NCBI GenBank assembly: GCA_001179505.1
Contig: CDMY01000451.1
Location: 10,155-74,154, forward strand
Reading direction: 5' to 3'
Length of the DNA: 64,000 nt
Source of the DNA: Vitrella brassicaformis CCMP3155
Lineage: Eukaryota > Protista > Chromerida
Shown here: positions 22,520 through 39,494 of the stretch, one piece after another
Position numbering within the stretch: the stretch's first letter is position 1
Layout: every line of letters starts with the position of its first letter
The notes under the pieces: model-generated
What the model was told of the DNA's origin: nothing
Databases searched by the model: none
What the model saw: only the letters and a program-made list of their open reading frames with translations
Made by a program: the position numbers and the translations under genes

Positions 22520-24327
22520 ATGGAGCAGACCACCCTTGCCGAGCAGTCACAGCAGCCAGAAGAGCCCACCACCGAGGAGCAGTCACAGCAAGAGCAGCAA
22601 CAGGCGGGGCGGCGGGGCGGCGGGGAGGCGTCGAGTGCGGACCGACCTGACATGACGAATGGCTCGCACAGCCAGTCGCTCCCTGCCGGCCGGCCGTACC
22701 GGCCGATGCCCCATGACCGGACGTTCGGGGATTTCATGAAGGCGGCGAGGCGAGGCGGTACATGCAATCAGCAGAGAAAGGAAATGAGGCTGAAGCGCCG
22801 GGAGGAGGAGCAGGAGAGGAGGGCGGCGGCAGCAGCTGCTGCAAGTGCGGAGGACGCCGCCGAGGTGAGAGGAGTCACCGCTTCACTATCGATTACCTTC
22901 CTGCCCATCCACTCCCGTACATGCCTCGTGTCTTGGTTGTCTGTATCTGTCTGTCTGTCTGTCTGTCTGTCTGTGTCTCATATGTATCTCAGGAGCCCCC
23001 CGCTCGTGGCGAGGAGGGTGAAGTTGAAGATGCGCAGTCGCAGAACGGCGTCACCGAGGAGGCAGCAGCACGGGCCGACGAGCAGGCAGGAGAGGGAGAG
23101 GGAGAGGAAGATGGAGAGAGGACGGCCGAGTCGCGAGGAGAGGCTGAGGGCGAGGGCGAGGGTGAGGCTGCCGAGGACATCACCTCCCCGCTCGACGACA
23201 GCACCGGCATCTCCGCACCGGCGGCTGCTGGCGACATCTCCCACTTCCCTGCGCCCACCGTCCAGCCCTCCAAGTCGTCCACGGTGCCCCCGCCCGCCCC
23301 TGCTGCTCCCACCCCTCCGGCCGCTCCCCTCTCGCCACCCCCAGTGCGCGCCAAGGAGGATGAGACGGGCGGTCCACCCCTACCAGCATCTTCTGCCTCT
23401 CAGCCTGACGACACTCGACAGCCTGACGGGCCCGTGACCCCCAACACCGACAGAGATGCAGCCCACCAGCCCCCTCACCACCACCAGCACCACCACCGAG
23501 GTTCGCCACCCCCACGACGAGGCCGAGGGGGCCGCCCACCGCCCGGCTCTCACTGGCGGCCTGTGCGCGAGGGAGGAGACGACAGCCCCCGACAAGCCGA
23601 CCGGGAGGAGCCCAGCAGCGGCGGCTACGGGCATGTCAAGCGAGGGACGGGGCGGGGCGGCGGGGAGGCGTCGAGTGCGGACCGACCTGACATGACGAAT
23701 GGCTCGCACAGCCAGTCGCTCCCTGCCGGCCGGCCGTACCGGCCGATGCCCCATGACCGGACGTTCGGGGATTTCATGAAGGCGGCGAGGCGAGGCGGTA
23801 CATGCAATCAGCAGAGAAAGGAAATGAGGCTGAAGCGCCGGGAGGAGGAGCAGGAGAGGAGGGCGGCGGCAGCAGCTGCTGCAAGTGCGGAGGACGCCGC
23901 CGAGGTGAGAGGAGTCACCGCTTCACTATCGATTACCTTCCTGCCCATCCACTCCCGTACATGCCTCGTGTCTTGGTTGTCTGTATCTGCTCTGCGTCTC
24001 ATATCTCAGGAGCCCCAGGGCAGCACCGCCCAGTCGCAGCACGGCGTCACCGCACCAACCATGACGCAGATGCCCACCGAGAAGGCCGCTCCCCTCTCGC
24101 CACCGGCAGTGCAGGCCAAGGACACCAACACCACGCAGGAGGGGGCAGTGGTGGTGGACGGCAAGGGTGGGGCTGCCGCACCGGCGGCTGCTGGTGCACT
24201 GGCTGGGCCGTGGTGGGGTGCGTTGGGGAGGGTGGTGGAGTGGTTCTTCCCTGCACCGGTGCCCTCCCCATCCAATGATATGTTGACATATGAATGGATG
24301 GGTGCACGTGTGCGTGGCCGTAAATGA
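22520..24327 (+). CDS. Low-complexity, probably disordered E/A/P/R-rich protein with an internal tandem duplication
   Basis: Exons 22520-22864, 22993-23904 and 24010-24327 join in phase 0 with GT-AG introns. Confidence 0.7.
22611..23989 (+). repeat. 339-bp perfect direct duplication (22611-22949 = 23651-23989)
   Basis: Base-for-base identity at an offset of 1040, covering the exon end, the donor site and the 5' part of the intron. Confidence 0.95.
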
Positions 24328-25118
24328 GTAAGTGGTGTGCCCGGTGCCACTGTGCCGTTCATGGAAAGGGATTCATGTATGTGATTTGTGATGTAATGTG
24401 ATGTGATGTGATGTGTGTGCGGTGTCGTGTGCTTTGTGCTTTGTGCGACTGCCTGCCTGACTGCTCGCCTGCCTGCCTGTCTGTCCTTACTGTCTGGCTG
24501 TTTCAATGTTGAATGGATGGATGGACAGGGAGAGGGAGGGAGGGAGGGAGGGAGAGAGTCATCTCTGCCTACATTTTATATCTGACGGCAGTTCAATGAC
24601 TGGTTGGAGACATACATGCAGAGACCTTCCCGATGAGGGGCAAGCATTCACACCGATAACCATGGATGCGATGTCCATATACAGTCGCCATGTGCAAAAG
24701 GGCCCACACACATCCATCCATCCACCCGTCCGTCAGCAAACACGTCACTGCAGACCCTCTGTACATGAATTTGTCGCACTCCCACTGTTGCCCTCCAACA
24801 ACAGCACTATTGCCCGCCGGAGAAAGGGGGTGCACGTGGTGGGGAGGGGGCGATCGTCATAGAAAGAGGTTATGGTGGGTTTGTGAGTGTCAGTGGTCAG
24901 TTTGCGGTTGTGTGTGTAGTGTGTGCCTTTTCAATCTGCCTTCCTGCCTGCCTGCCTGCCTGGGTGTCGGCCTGGATGGCAGACACACACACACACACAC
25001 AGCTAGGGAGCCGCTGCAGCGCGTGTGTCATCTCTATTCTACTTTGCTGCCTACGTGCAGGATGGATTGCCTGGCCGAGGCGTATGGATGGACGGTGGCC
25101 GAGTGTGGCAGAATGAGA

Positions 25119-25243
25119 GCTAGATGAGAGACATCAGGGCTTTGCAATGGTTTGCAACGAACCTTTGCTTCAACAGGCGAATGGCCTCGTTTGTCTGTCA
25201 TCGATGGGCAAAGGCATCATCATGCAACGCACCCCAATCAACC
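25119..25243 (+). repeat. 125-bp dispersed repeat, copy 2
   Basis: Direct-orientation copy of 19767-19891. Confidence 0.95.
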
Positions 25244-27856
25244 GATCAAGCCACTAATGCCACACGCCAGACGCACACTGGATGGATGGACAGACTGCAT
25301 GCTAAAAAGTTATGTTCCTTCTGTCTCTCCCCCTCCCTCTCCCATGTGCAACGACGCAGCAGACGTACGAGCGGACGGATGGAGGGTGGGTGGGTGTGAT
25401 GTGTGATGTGGCACGTGTGCGGCTGACTGACTAAAGGAAGAGTCAGAGGGAAGGCAGACAGACTGCAGAGTGGAGTGAATGGGAAAAAGGGTGGGTGCGT
25501 GGGTGGGTGGATGGATGGACTTCCGCATCGCCACACCACACCACACCACACCAAACGCCCTCACAACACGTGTTGGTAATCTCGCCCCCACACACATGTA
25601 TGTCGAAAGCCTTCCTCCCCAAAGCACCCATCCTTCCCTTGTGTGTGTGTGTCGGTGGTTGTGAGGCGCATCACAACACGACAAACCAGATGAGCCCCTT
25701 CTCAGCACCTTGGATGTGCAGTTAAGTGCGTCATCCGGGCGGCCATGGTATGATGCGCCTCAGCAACATACGACGGCAACAGAGAGGATCAACCAACCAG
25801 ACAAACCGAAAAGCGGCATCATTGTACAACACCAGCCTTGTCTTTGTCCTTCGCATGTGCTGTCTTGATTCCGTTCGTTCTGCCTTCCTGTCTCTGCTGC
25901 CCGTTGCATTGCATTCCGTAGCACAATGGTGGCCATCAGCAGACTCGATGTGCGAGGCTGCCTGTGGCTCAGCATTGAGCCACACAATGAAGAACGCACA
26001 GCAGTGTGGGAAAGGCAAGGCAACACAGCAGACCATCTCACCCCCCCTCCACGTGTGAGTGAGTGTGTCCGTATCCTTGCTATCAACATCCACACATGCG
26101 ACGAAGGAACGGCGGTCTGCGGCCTCTCGTCAAGAGACCCGACAGCCCGGCAACGGTCCGGCGACCAAGTGGCCGACCGCGCCCACCATAACACACGCTC
26201 ACTCCCAATGCCCACTGTGAGAATCAAAAGCGAGGCGGGTGTTTTTGGGTCAGTAAGGGTGAGTAGTCAGGCGGCCTCTCTCTGTTTTGTGCTGTGTGTT
26301 GTGCGTTGGCTCCTTCCTTGCTGATGTCTCATGTGGTCTTCCGTCCATCAATCAGCTGTGTTTGGGTGTCAGGCAGGCAAGTAGTAGTAGAGAGGAATAG
26401 AATGGAAGAGTAGAGTAGAGAGTGGGCTCCAGAACTGCTGTAGTTCTGGAGTAGTAGTAGGAGGGAGGTCAGAACTGCTGTTAGTTAAAAGAGGTCTTTT
26501 TTCATGGTCATAGCGTCCATCCATCCATCCATCCATCTGTCGGTCCGTCACGCACTGATGTGCGACGGACGCTCACCCACACATAGATAGACACACAGGT
26601 AGCTACGGCGTGAAAAACAGACCAGCAAGAGAACCCTACACACAGACACGGACACACGCCAATCAACCAACCATGCCAGACAGACAAAAGGTGAGTGCGT
26701 CCAAATATGGATCGAATCGACAGTGGTGGCTTGGCTTGCCCTGCCCTGCCCCCTCTCTCCTCTCCAGTGGTGGTAGCCCACGGGTTAACCGACACTCTCG
26801 ATGCAGTCATGCAGCATAACACATGAACCAGCAAGTGCCGCCCGGGCAAGCACTGTGCGACCGCCTCACCACCACCACCACCCAAGCACCCACAGCACCC
26901 TCAACACCCTCAAGACACACACACACACACACGCACGCACACGCGCACGACATCCACCCACACGCACACGAAGACATCACAGAGTTAACTCCCTCGCCAT
27001 TTCCCTGCCGCCCTTTCCTACACCACACGAGCGGCGCTTAGCAGATTAGTCTACACGCGCACGCCCGTCACGCACACACGCACATCGGGGCATTCACGCA
27101 GCAAAAGGGCAAAGAGCGGGATATAGCCAGGAACAACGCGAGAGAGCGGTTCAAACGAAAAATACGTCGCGCAAGCGCAACGTATCGACAACAGGGGCAG
27201 TGGGCTAGGCAGGCAGCGACCAGCCGATTGGCTGTCGGCTGCTCGCATCGCTGGGCTGGCCTGGCCTGCCCTAGACGACCCCTCCCCTCTCTCTCCCTCT
27301 CCTCTGCGTGCTGTGCTCACAGCATATGGGCAAACGCACACAGTGTGCCCCTGTCGCTGCTCTGCAACGTACTAGCAGGCGACAGGACATTTGGACCCAC
27401 AGGACCCTCAGACAGAACAAACGCACGAACGAATGAACGATAGATGGATGGATGAATCGCCCCAATCCATCCATCCGTCCATCCCCCCTTGCATGCAAGT
27501 CATGGGCGCCCCCCTCCCCACACACAGACAGACAGACAGACAGACACTTAGGTAGTTGAAAGCATTCTTCGGCAGCCAGACAGCCAGCCAGCCAGAGAGA
27601 GAGAGAGAGGGACGGACGGACAGACGGACACACCGGCAGGGTTTGCAGGGAGTGGGGCGCGCACACGACAGCAACCAAGCACGCAAGGGGCAGGTAGCCG
27701 TATGAACGAATGAACGAATCAGGTCAATCAGTGAATTCTCATCTGATCTGTACACACCAAACACACGGGGAGTAAAAAAGCTCTTTCTGCCCCTCTCCCT
27801 CCTCCTCTATCCCTATGTTTCCTTTCTAGGAGAAAACAGGGCAGGGCGGGGCGGCG

Positions 27857-28778
27857 CTAAAATTCGCACCAGTAAGTGTCGTGCTGGTGCAACCTGGCAG
27901 CAGCGCCGCCCGACGCCATCTGCATCATCCCTCCCCGCCCCTCCCCAAACGCAAAATCACACAGACTATTGACACAGAAAACGTCGCCCTCTCCCCCACT
28001 ACCACCATCACCCACTCCCCCACCCGCCGCCGCATCGACGTCCATCTTGGAGGCCTTGGTCGTGACGAAAAAGTTGTCGACCTCCCTCTCCAGCTCCATC
28101 TGCTGCGCCAGCTGCCGCGAAACCGCCATCTTCTTCAGAGGCCGCCGGTCGTCGCACACTGAGAGCTGCAGAGGGTGCTTGGTGCCCCTCGTGTGGCGGC
28201 AGTCGCGCATGCTCTCGTCGTCGGTGCTGATGGCTTCGTCCTCTTCCATGATGGGCGTGAGGGACGGCAGGGACGACGCGAAGAGGCTGGAGGGGGAGGG
28301 GGAGGGCGGAGAGGGGGTGAGCGGGGAGATGGAGGGTTTGGGGAGGGACAGGGGCGCCCATGTGTCGAGGGGGGTGGGAGGAGGGGCCTGGGTGGTGCCA
28401 GTGACCGCAGAGAGGCTGGTCAGGCACTCGAGAATCGACGGGTGGAGAGAAGCAGGATCTGCATACCCACACACACGCACAAGCAACGAAGCTCACGCAA
28501 GCCCATGTATGAGATCTGAGCTGTCCACTGGCCTCTCTGCCCGTGAGACACAGCATGTAGAGCCTCTCCAGTCACCCTCGCTCACCTATCTGTCCCTGAA
28601 CGCAGTGAATCGAACCATCAGGGGCTCGCACTATCCCAGCCTACAAAAAGGAAGCAACCAAGCACACACACGTCACCATAGCTGTCTCCCCGACGCCTTC
28701 ATGTGCCTCCGTCCCTTCGGTGTGCGGGCGTACCTGCTGCGCAAGCTCGGCGGGCGTCGGGGTGCGAAGGAAACACAT
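27857..28778 (-). CDS. Hypothetical protein (3 exons, about 235 aa)
   Basis: MCFLRTPTPAELAQQ | AGIVRAPDGSIHCVQGQI | DPASLHPSILECL... join through phase-compatible GT-AG introns into the ORF ending YWCEF* at 27857. Confidence 0.6.
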
Positions 28779-28868
28779 TGGCTAGCCAAATGTCGGGCGA
28801 ATGGTCAACTAACGGTGGATGAAGTATGCGGGAGGCCGTCCTTTCGATTCTTTCTCTCCTCCTTCCTC

Positions 28869-28877
28869 TGCGAGCTT
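28869..28877 (-). promoter_or_regulatory. AAGCTCGCA motif in the spacer upstream of PRP4
   Basis: TGCGAGCTT on the + strand between the ATGs at 28778 and 29072. Confidence 0.55.
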
Positions 28878-29071
28878 GGAATTTTCAAGCTTGCGTTTGT
28901 GAAGGGGAGGAGAGGCGAAGACGTGTGTTTGTTGGTGTGCAAACGTGCGTGAGATCCAGTTGGTGCCGTGTGTTGCTCCTCGCACTTTTGAAGACAGTGT
29001 TGAGGGGTAGACAGCCATCTACCCGGAGGGAGGGAGTCTCATATCTTTGCGCCACTGCGCCATTGTGACAC

Positions 29072-33560
<4,489 letters not shown>

Positions 33561-34491
33561 GCGGAATCAACGAGACGACATTATTGGGCCAGGACAGGAA
33601 GGGGAGGCCCATGCTGTTGCTGCTTTGTACCATGTTTGTAGGCTATCTCTGTATCTCCATAGCAGATGGTCAGAGGGAGGGGACCGACCGTGGCCATGGC
33701 TGGCGGCAGTTTTTGAGAAACCGAGACACATTATGCAGTGGGTGACCTTCGTGTGGTGGGGGTGGGCGGGGGTGTGTGGGCGATGGTTCTCTGCTGCTCG
33801 GTGCTGACGTGTTGTTACAGGGGAGCTGTGCTGTGTCGCCACGCGAGCAGCCATTGGACGGATCGTGCACACGACACGAGAAGGGGCGAGGCGACCGACG
33901 GAGGCAAGACAGCAACACGAGCACATAGGCAGCATGGGTGTGTATGCGGGCGGGGGGGTTCGTTGATGGATTGACAATTACAGGAGGGCGGCGGCTGTGT
34001 GTTGGCTCCGCGCGCGGCGACCGGTTCACACATCCATCGACCGACACAGGGAGCCACAATCCATTCATCAAACCGACGAACGAACGAACGAACGACACAC
34101 TCGACGTGTTATCTTCGTGTTGTGTGGTGAGGGCACTGTTCGGCCGACGGTGGGCGTCGAGACGTCAGTCACCCCCCTTCCCTCCCTCTCTATAATGCTA
34201 TGTGATGGTATTTTCCCGCCACAATACGATATCGATCGATCCATACGTTCACACCGACTTGGCTTGGCTTGTATGCTGTGCTCACTGGCTGCAGTCCTCG
34301 AATCCCTACCCACAGAGCCAAGGTTGGGTGGGCACACCTCCCTGACTCACCTGTCCCCCTTCTCTCTGCAGCAGTGTAGATGGCGTGAGGTGGCGTGCTG
34401 TGGTACTCTAGCTAGCGTAACTGAAAGTCTATTGTATATGCCGGCCGGGTCGGTCTGGGTGTCTGTCTGTCTGTCTGTCTGTCTGTTTCCC

Positions 34492-34531
<40 letters not shown>

Positions 34532-35040
34532 TGTGTGTCCTTGCGTGGCGTGCGATTTTCATGGCGCAAGAATGAGTGGACGGACGGAACTGTTGCTGCA
34601 TGGTGCGATGCGCTGCGCGCGTGTGTGTGAGTGAATGCATCTCTACCTACCTGCTTCGCTCTTTCCGGAGCTTCTCTAGCAATTCACTACACTCTAATTG
34701 ACCAAACCACAGCGAGCGTCCCTCCGTCACCCACACGCCATACAAACACACACACACACACACACACAACACGCGCCTTGCGATGCATCTGCTCCATCCA
34801 TCCATCCAGCTGCTCGACGCACATAAGACGGCCTTTCTGTGTTCCTACAAGCCGGCAGCCGTGAGGAATGCGTAAGCGACTGACAGCCACGAAGGCCACC
34901 GCCCCCCTCCCACAACTCCACTGACGATTGCTGCCGCTGCACATAACCGGACACGCAGCCTACACACACACAGATGACACGTGCTCAGCAGAGAGTTCGT
35001 CTGTGTGAGTGTTGGGAGGGCAAGGGGATTCCATGGATAC

Positions 35041-35655
35041 CTGCAGTGACACCACACTGGTGCGATTGGCGTTGAGCGGTGCGAGGGAGGCCTCGAAGGC
35101 CAGCAGCTCCCCGGAACAGCAGTTTGCAGCCGAGAATGGGTTCCTCATGACGCCCTCTCGACACATACACCCCTCATGCAACGTCGTGTTGTCGCCCGCA
35201 CTCTTGAGGCAGTTCTGCAGGGTGATGGCGTCCAGTTCGGCCGTGCCCTTGTATAGCTCCTGACCCAATTTGGCCACGCACATCTCTGCCGCGGGCGGCA
35301 AAGTGCCGTGGAGGTCCCGATATGAGTCGAAGCCCAGCAGCCGGATGACGTCGAGATTGGGGTTGTTGTCGGTCTCGGTCAGCCACGCATTTCCCAGGTT
35401 TGGCTCTCTGTCTTCGTCTGCTGCTGTCGTGATATTTGCGGACTCGTTCTTGATGCCTTGTGAGGTCTTTGCAATGCTCGCCATGGTGGAAAGCTCCTCA
35501 AGGGGCGCCTTGACGGCAAGGATGCCTGCATCTGTGGGTGCGGCCTTGCGGAAGGAAGATGCCGACGGCGGTAGGCGGTTCGCACCACAGCGGATGGCCA
35601 AAACCGCCGCAAAAGTGACGACCAAGAGTGTCGCTGACGACCACGCCATCCACAC
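35041..35655 (-). CDS. Predicted secreted Cys-containing protein (first exon; a further exon probably starts near 34958)
   Basis: Signal-peptide-like MAWSSATLLVVTFAAVLAIRCGA, N-glycosylation sequons (NES, NIT, NTT, NRT), six Cys in the C-terminal half, and a cag|gtatcc donor at 35041. The 3' end is not resolved. Confidence 0.65.
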
Positions 35656-35821
35656 ACACGCGAAAGAGCCGCGCTTTATACCATCGATGCTCCTCCCCCT
35701 CTGTAAACGCTTTGGCCCGGATGGAGCTCGCTAAGCTCCCTGAAGAAAAACCTCTAGATCCTTTCGTTTTCCGCCTTTCCCTCCGTTGTTTGGTCCGCGG
35801 ATCGCACGAAAAGCATCAGGC

Positions 35822-38631
35822 ATGACATCCGCAGGCACCGGTCGTGACCCGCTGCTGTCGGGCGGGCAGCGCAGATCCTCGCTGTTCAAGGTCCTGACGG
35901 CGGGCGCCCACGCCGAGGAGAGGGACGACCGTTTCTGGGAGGACGATGACGAGGAGTACCATGAGAATATGTACGCGGCCACGGAGGATGCGGTGGAGCT
36001 CCACACCCGCACCCACGTCAACACACGGGATATGAGCGTGATGAGCGTCAAGGACCTCGGCAAGTATGTCAAGCGCCACACCATCCTCTCGGCCGGCGTG
36101 CAGCGGGAGCTCGAGGAAAAGTGAGCGGGCGGGCGAAAGATAGATCCATGGAGAGAATGGACGGATGGATGGATGGATGGGGAGGTAGATCTGCGGCTGT
36201 GCGGGGTGGTGGATGGATGTGTTGTGGTGTTTTCGTGTTGTTGTGCAGGAACCCCGGCGCCCTGGCGTTCCTGCAGTCGTTCGGAGGGATGCTCGTGCAG
36301 GTAGGGTATTGTCCCCCTCTCACCAACGCACTCGTGTGTGTGTGGCTTCCTGTCCATGTGTGTGTGGTGTGTGTTGTGTGTCAGTTGTTGATCTTCGCCG
36401 TGTGCGTCAACATCCAGAGCTTCAACCCCAACGTGGCGGCATGGGCCAAAGTCATCCCCGAGACCGGCAAACGCGGCAAACCATTCTTCGACGGTGCGTG
36501 GGAGTGGGTGTGGGGCTGAGTGCGCTGGATTGCATTGCGCGTGTGGTGCGGTGTGGTGTGGTGTGGTGTGTTGTGTTGTTTAGGTGTGGTGATGGCGTCC
36601 GCGAACGTGTTGAGCCTGTGTGTGATGATCAACATATCCTTCCTGGCCGAGGGATTCTCCGGACTCGCCGCATGCTTCAACCCACGGGTCAGTCGGCTGG
36701 CGCAGGAAACACACCCAACACGCAGTCCTTCCCCTTAACCNNNNNNNNNNNNNNNNNNNNNNNNNNNNNNNNNNNNNNNNNNNNNNNNNNNNNNNNNNNN
36801 NNNNNNNNNNNNNNNNNNNNNNNNNNNNNNNNNNNNNNNNNNNNNNNNNNNNNNNNNNNNNNNNNNNNNNNNNNNNNNNNNNNNNNNNNNNNNNNNNNNN
36901 NNNNNNNNNNNNNNNNNNNNNNNNNNNNNNNNNNNNNNNNNNNNNNNNNNNNNNNNNNNNNNNNNNNNNNNNNNNNNNNNNNNNNNNNNNNNNNNNNNNN
37001 NNNNNNNNNNNNNNNNNNNNNNNNNNNNNNNNNNNNNNNNGCGACTGCCTGCAGCTGATCGCTCTCGGTTACGCCGACCCCACCATCGTGCAGATCGTAT
37101 CGCAGTCTAAGATGATACTCACGGCACTCCTCTGCAGGTGGGTACACACACACACACACACACGAGGATGGATCTCTCTGCCCATTTCTCCTTCCCCCTC
37201 CCCCCCTCCTCCCTCTGTGTGTGTGTAGGGTTTTCCTGGGTCGCGAGTTGGCGGCCATCCAGTGGATATTGCTGGCGTGCATCGGCATGAACCTGCTCGC
37301 CTACGTCGATATCGACCTCCTCTTCACCGAGGGAGGGGGCGGCGCTGCCGCAGCGCAGTCCGCCGCAGATACCATGATCGGCATCGGCATTTTGCTGTTC
37401 AGAGTACGTTGGTGGCACGCCCCCCCACCCCCACCCCACCCCCCACCCCCCACACACACACGCACATACGTGAGGTGGGTGTGGGAGCTGTCATTCGTCC
37501 GTCGTGTGTGTGTGGGTGTCTTTGTGTGTGTCGACGGATTGCCTGACCAAACAGATCGTGTTGACCACCCCTGGTGGCGTGTTGTCGGATTTCCTCTTCA
37601 AGAGCACCAAGCGGCCCTTCTACATCCAAATGGCCCAGGTACTACCTAGACTCAAATTACCTCCAGCCACCCACACCACACCACACCACACACGATAGAT
37701 GGACATTTGTATGCGTGTGTGCGTGTGTGTGTGTGTCCCCCNNNNNNNNNNNNNNNNNNNNNNNNNNNNNNNNNNNNNNNNNNNNNNNNNNNNNNNNNNN
37801 NNNNNNNNNNNNNNNNNNNNNNNNNNNNNNNNNNNNNNNNNNNNNNNNNNNNNNNNNNNNNNNNNNNNNNNNNNNNNNNNNNNNNNNNNNNNNNNNNNNN
37901 NNNNNNNNNNNNNNNNNNNNNNNNNNNNNNNNNNNNNNNNNNNNNNNNNNNNNNNNNNNNNNNNNNNNNNNNNNNNNNNNNNNNNNNNNNNNNNNNNNNN
38001 NNNNNNNNNNNNNNNNNNNNNNNNNNNNNNNNNNNNNNNNNCTCTCCCCCAACAGACGATGTTTAGTTGCGTGACGGCGAGCGTGATAGTGGCGTTGATT
38101 CAGTACTGGCGGGGCAACCTGTGGCACATCGGCCTCTTCGGCGGCATCGACTGCGGTGGCTTCGAGCCCTGCGTGTGGAGCGGTCGCGTCTACTTCCTCG
38201 TCTGCTGGTACGCACCGGACACACGGACGGGCACACACATGGTACACACTCTCTCTCCCTCCCTCCCTGTGTGTGTGTTATGGGTGTGTGTGTAGGTATG
38301 CGATCCGCGGGCGATGAACTGCATGCTGATGAAGCGCCTCGACGTCATATGGAAGGGCATCGCCGACACGGTCGCCACGCTCTTCGTCTACATCTACGGC
38401 GTCACCATCTTCGGACGGTCCCCCGGCAAAGGCGTCGAACTGAAGGTACGCCACCCGTCCGCCCGCCCGCCCTTCTATATGTGTGTGCGCATATTGACGT
38501 GTGTGGGTATACGTGTGTGTGTGCAGGTGTCCCTGATATTCGCCATCATCTTCCTGGTACTGGGCTACGTCCTGTCCAAGATGCAGGGGCCCCCCAAGAA
38601 GGAGGAGGGCGGCAAAGTGCAGCCCAAGTAG
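35822..38631 (+). CDS. Nucleotide-sugar transporter, SLC35A (CMP-sialic acid/UDP-Gal) type
   Basis: DPTIVQIVSQSKMILTALLCRVFLGRELAAIQWILL, DFLFKS, GLFGG, LMKRLDVIWKGIA and multiple hydrophobic helices. Interrupted by two gaps. Confidence 0.88.
36741..37040. other. Assembly gap (300 N)
   Basis: Run of N inside the transporter gene. Confidence 1.
37742..38041. other. Assembly gap (300 N)
   Basis: Run of N inside the transporter gene. Confidence 1.
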
Positions 38632-38929
38632 ACTAAGACTACGAGATAGATAAGACCGGCCGGCCGGCAAAAGAACGACACACCCAAAACCAAACACCAA
38701 ACACCACACGCCTTACACACACGTGTACATATCACCCATCCTTATGAGGTAGGTAGCTGCTGAAGGCCGGCGGATAGAAAAGAGACTGAGGGCGTTTTAA
38801 TCGAGGGCCTAAGTGTGCGTGTGCGGGTGCGTGTATGTGTGTATGTGTGAGTGTATGTGTGTGTGCCGGGTGAGTGTGTGTGTGTGCCGGGTGAATGTGT
38901 GCGGTACGGGGTTGTAGAGGATAGGCAGA

Positions 38930-39290
38930 GCTCCTGGATGGATGGCTGCATGAATGAATGATTTGTGGCTTGATGCTTGTGCGATAGGACGGACACACAG
39001 ACACGCGGGAAGGGCACAACACAACACACACGCCTCTCTCTCTTCTTTCTTTGCCCCCTGCCTTTTTCCCACCCCCCAACCACACACGCACACACCCCTC
39101 CCTCCCCCTCTCCCTCCCTCTCTCTCCCCGTCTATGACGTCCCACTTTGTGGCTGCATGTGCATGTGCGTCTGCGTGAAGATGCATGGATGTGTGTGTGT
39201 GCGTGTGCGCGTGTGTGTGTGCGTGTGGATGTGTGTGTATGCAGAGGGAAAGGAGTGGCATGGATGGCTGTCCTGCCTGCATAGCTAAAA
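38930..39290 (+). repeat. Diverged non-coding repeat, paralogous to 41335-41535
   Basis: Shared blocks gatggatggctg..tgatttgtgg..gatgcttgtgcga.aggac and gtgtg..tgca.aggga.aggagtg...at.g.tggctg.cctgcct. Confidence 0.7.
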
Positions 39291-39494
39291 TGGACGCGCC
39301 TCCATATTCCATCAACCGAGCTGACGTAGAAGTGTCACTCGCCTCACGTGTCTGGTAGGTATGTCCACACGATTAATAAAGCACCATTTGAGACTATCAC
39401 AAATCCCGAAGAAATGGACTAGCAGCTGATTTACAGCAGACACGACACACACAGGCAGGCAGGCACACACGACACACAAAGGCCACATGCACGC

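Noticed and set aside
19767-25243. LTR retrotransposon defined by the 125-bp direct repeats
   Set aside because: No TG...CA termini, primer-binding site or polypurine tract, and no gag/pol between the repeats.
27115-27165. gggatatagcc...ggttcaaac resembling tRNA A and B boxes
   Set aside because: The spacing is too short and the stems cannot be formed.
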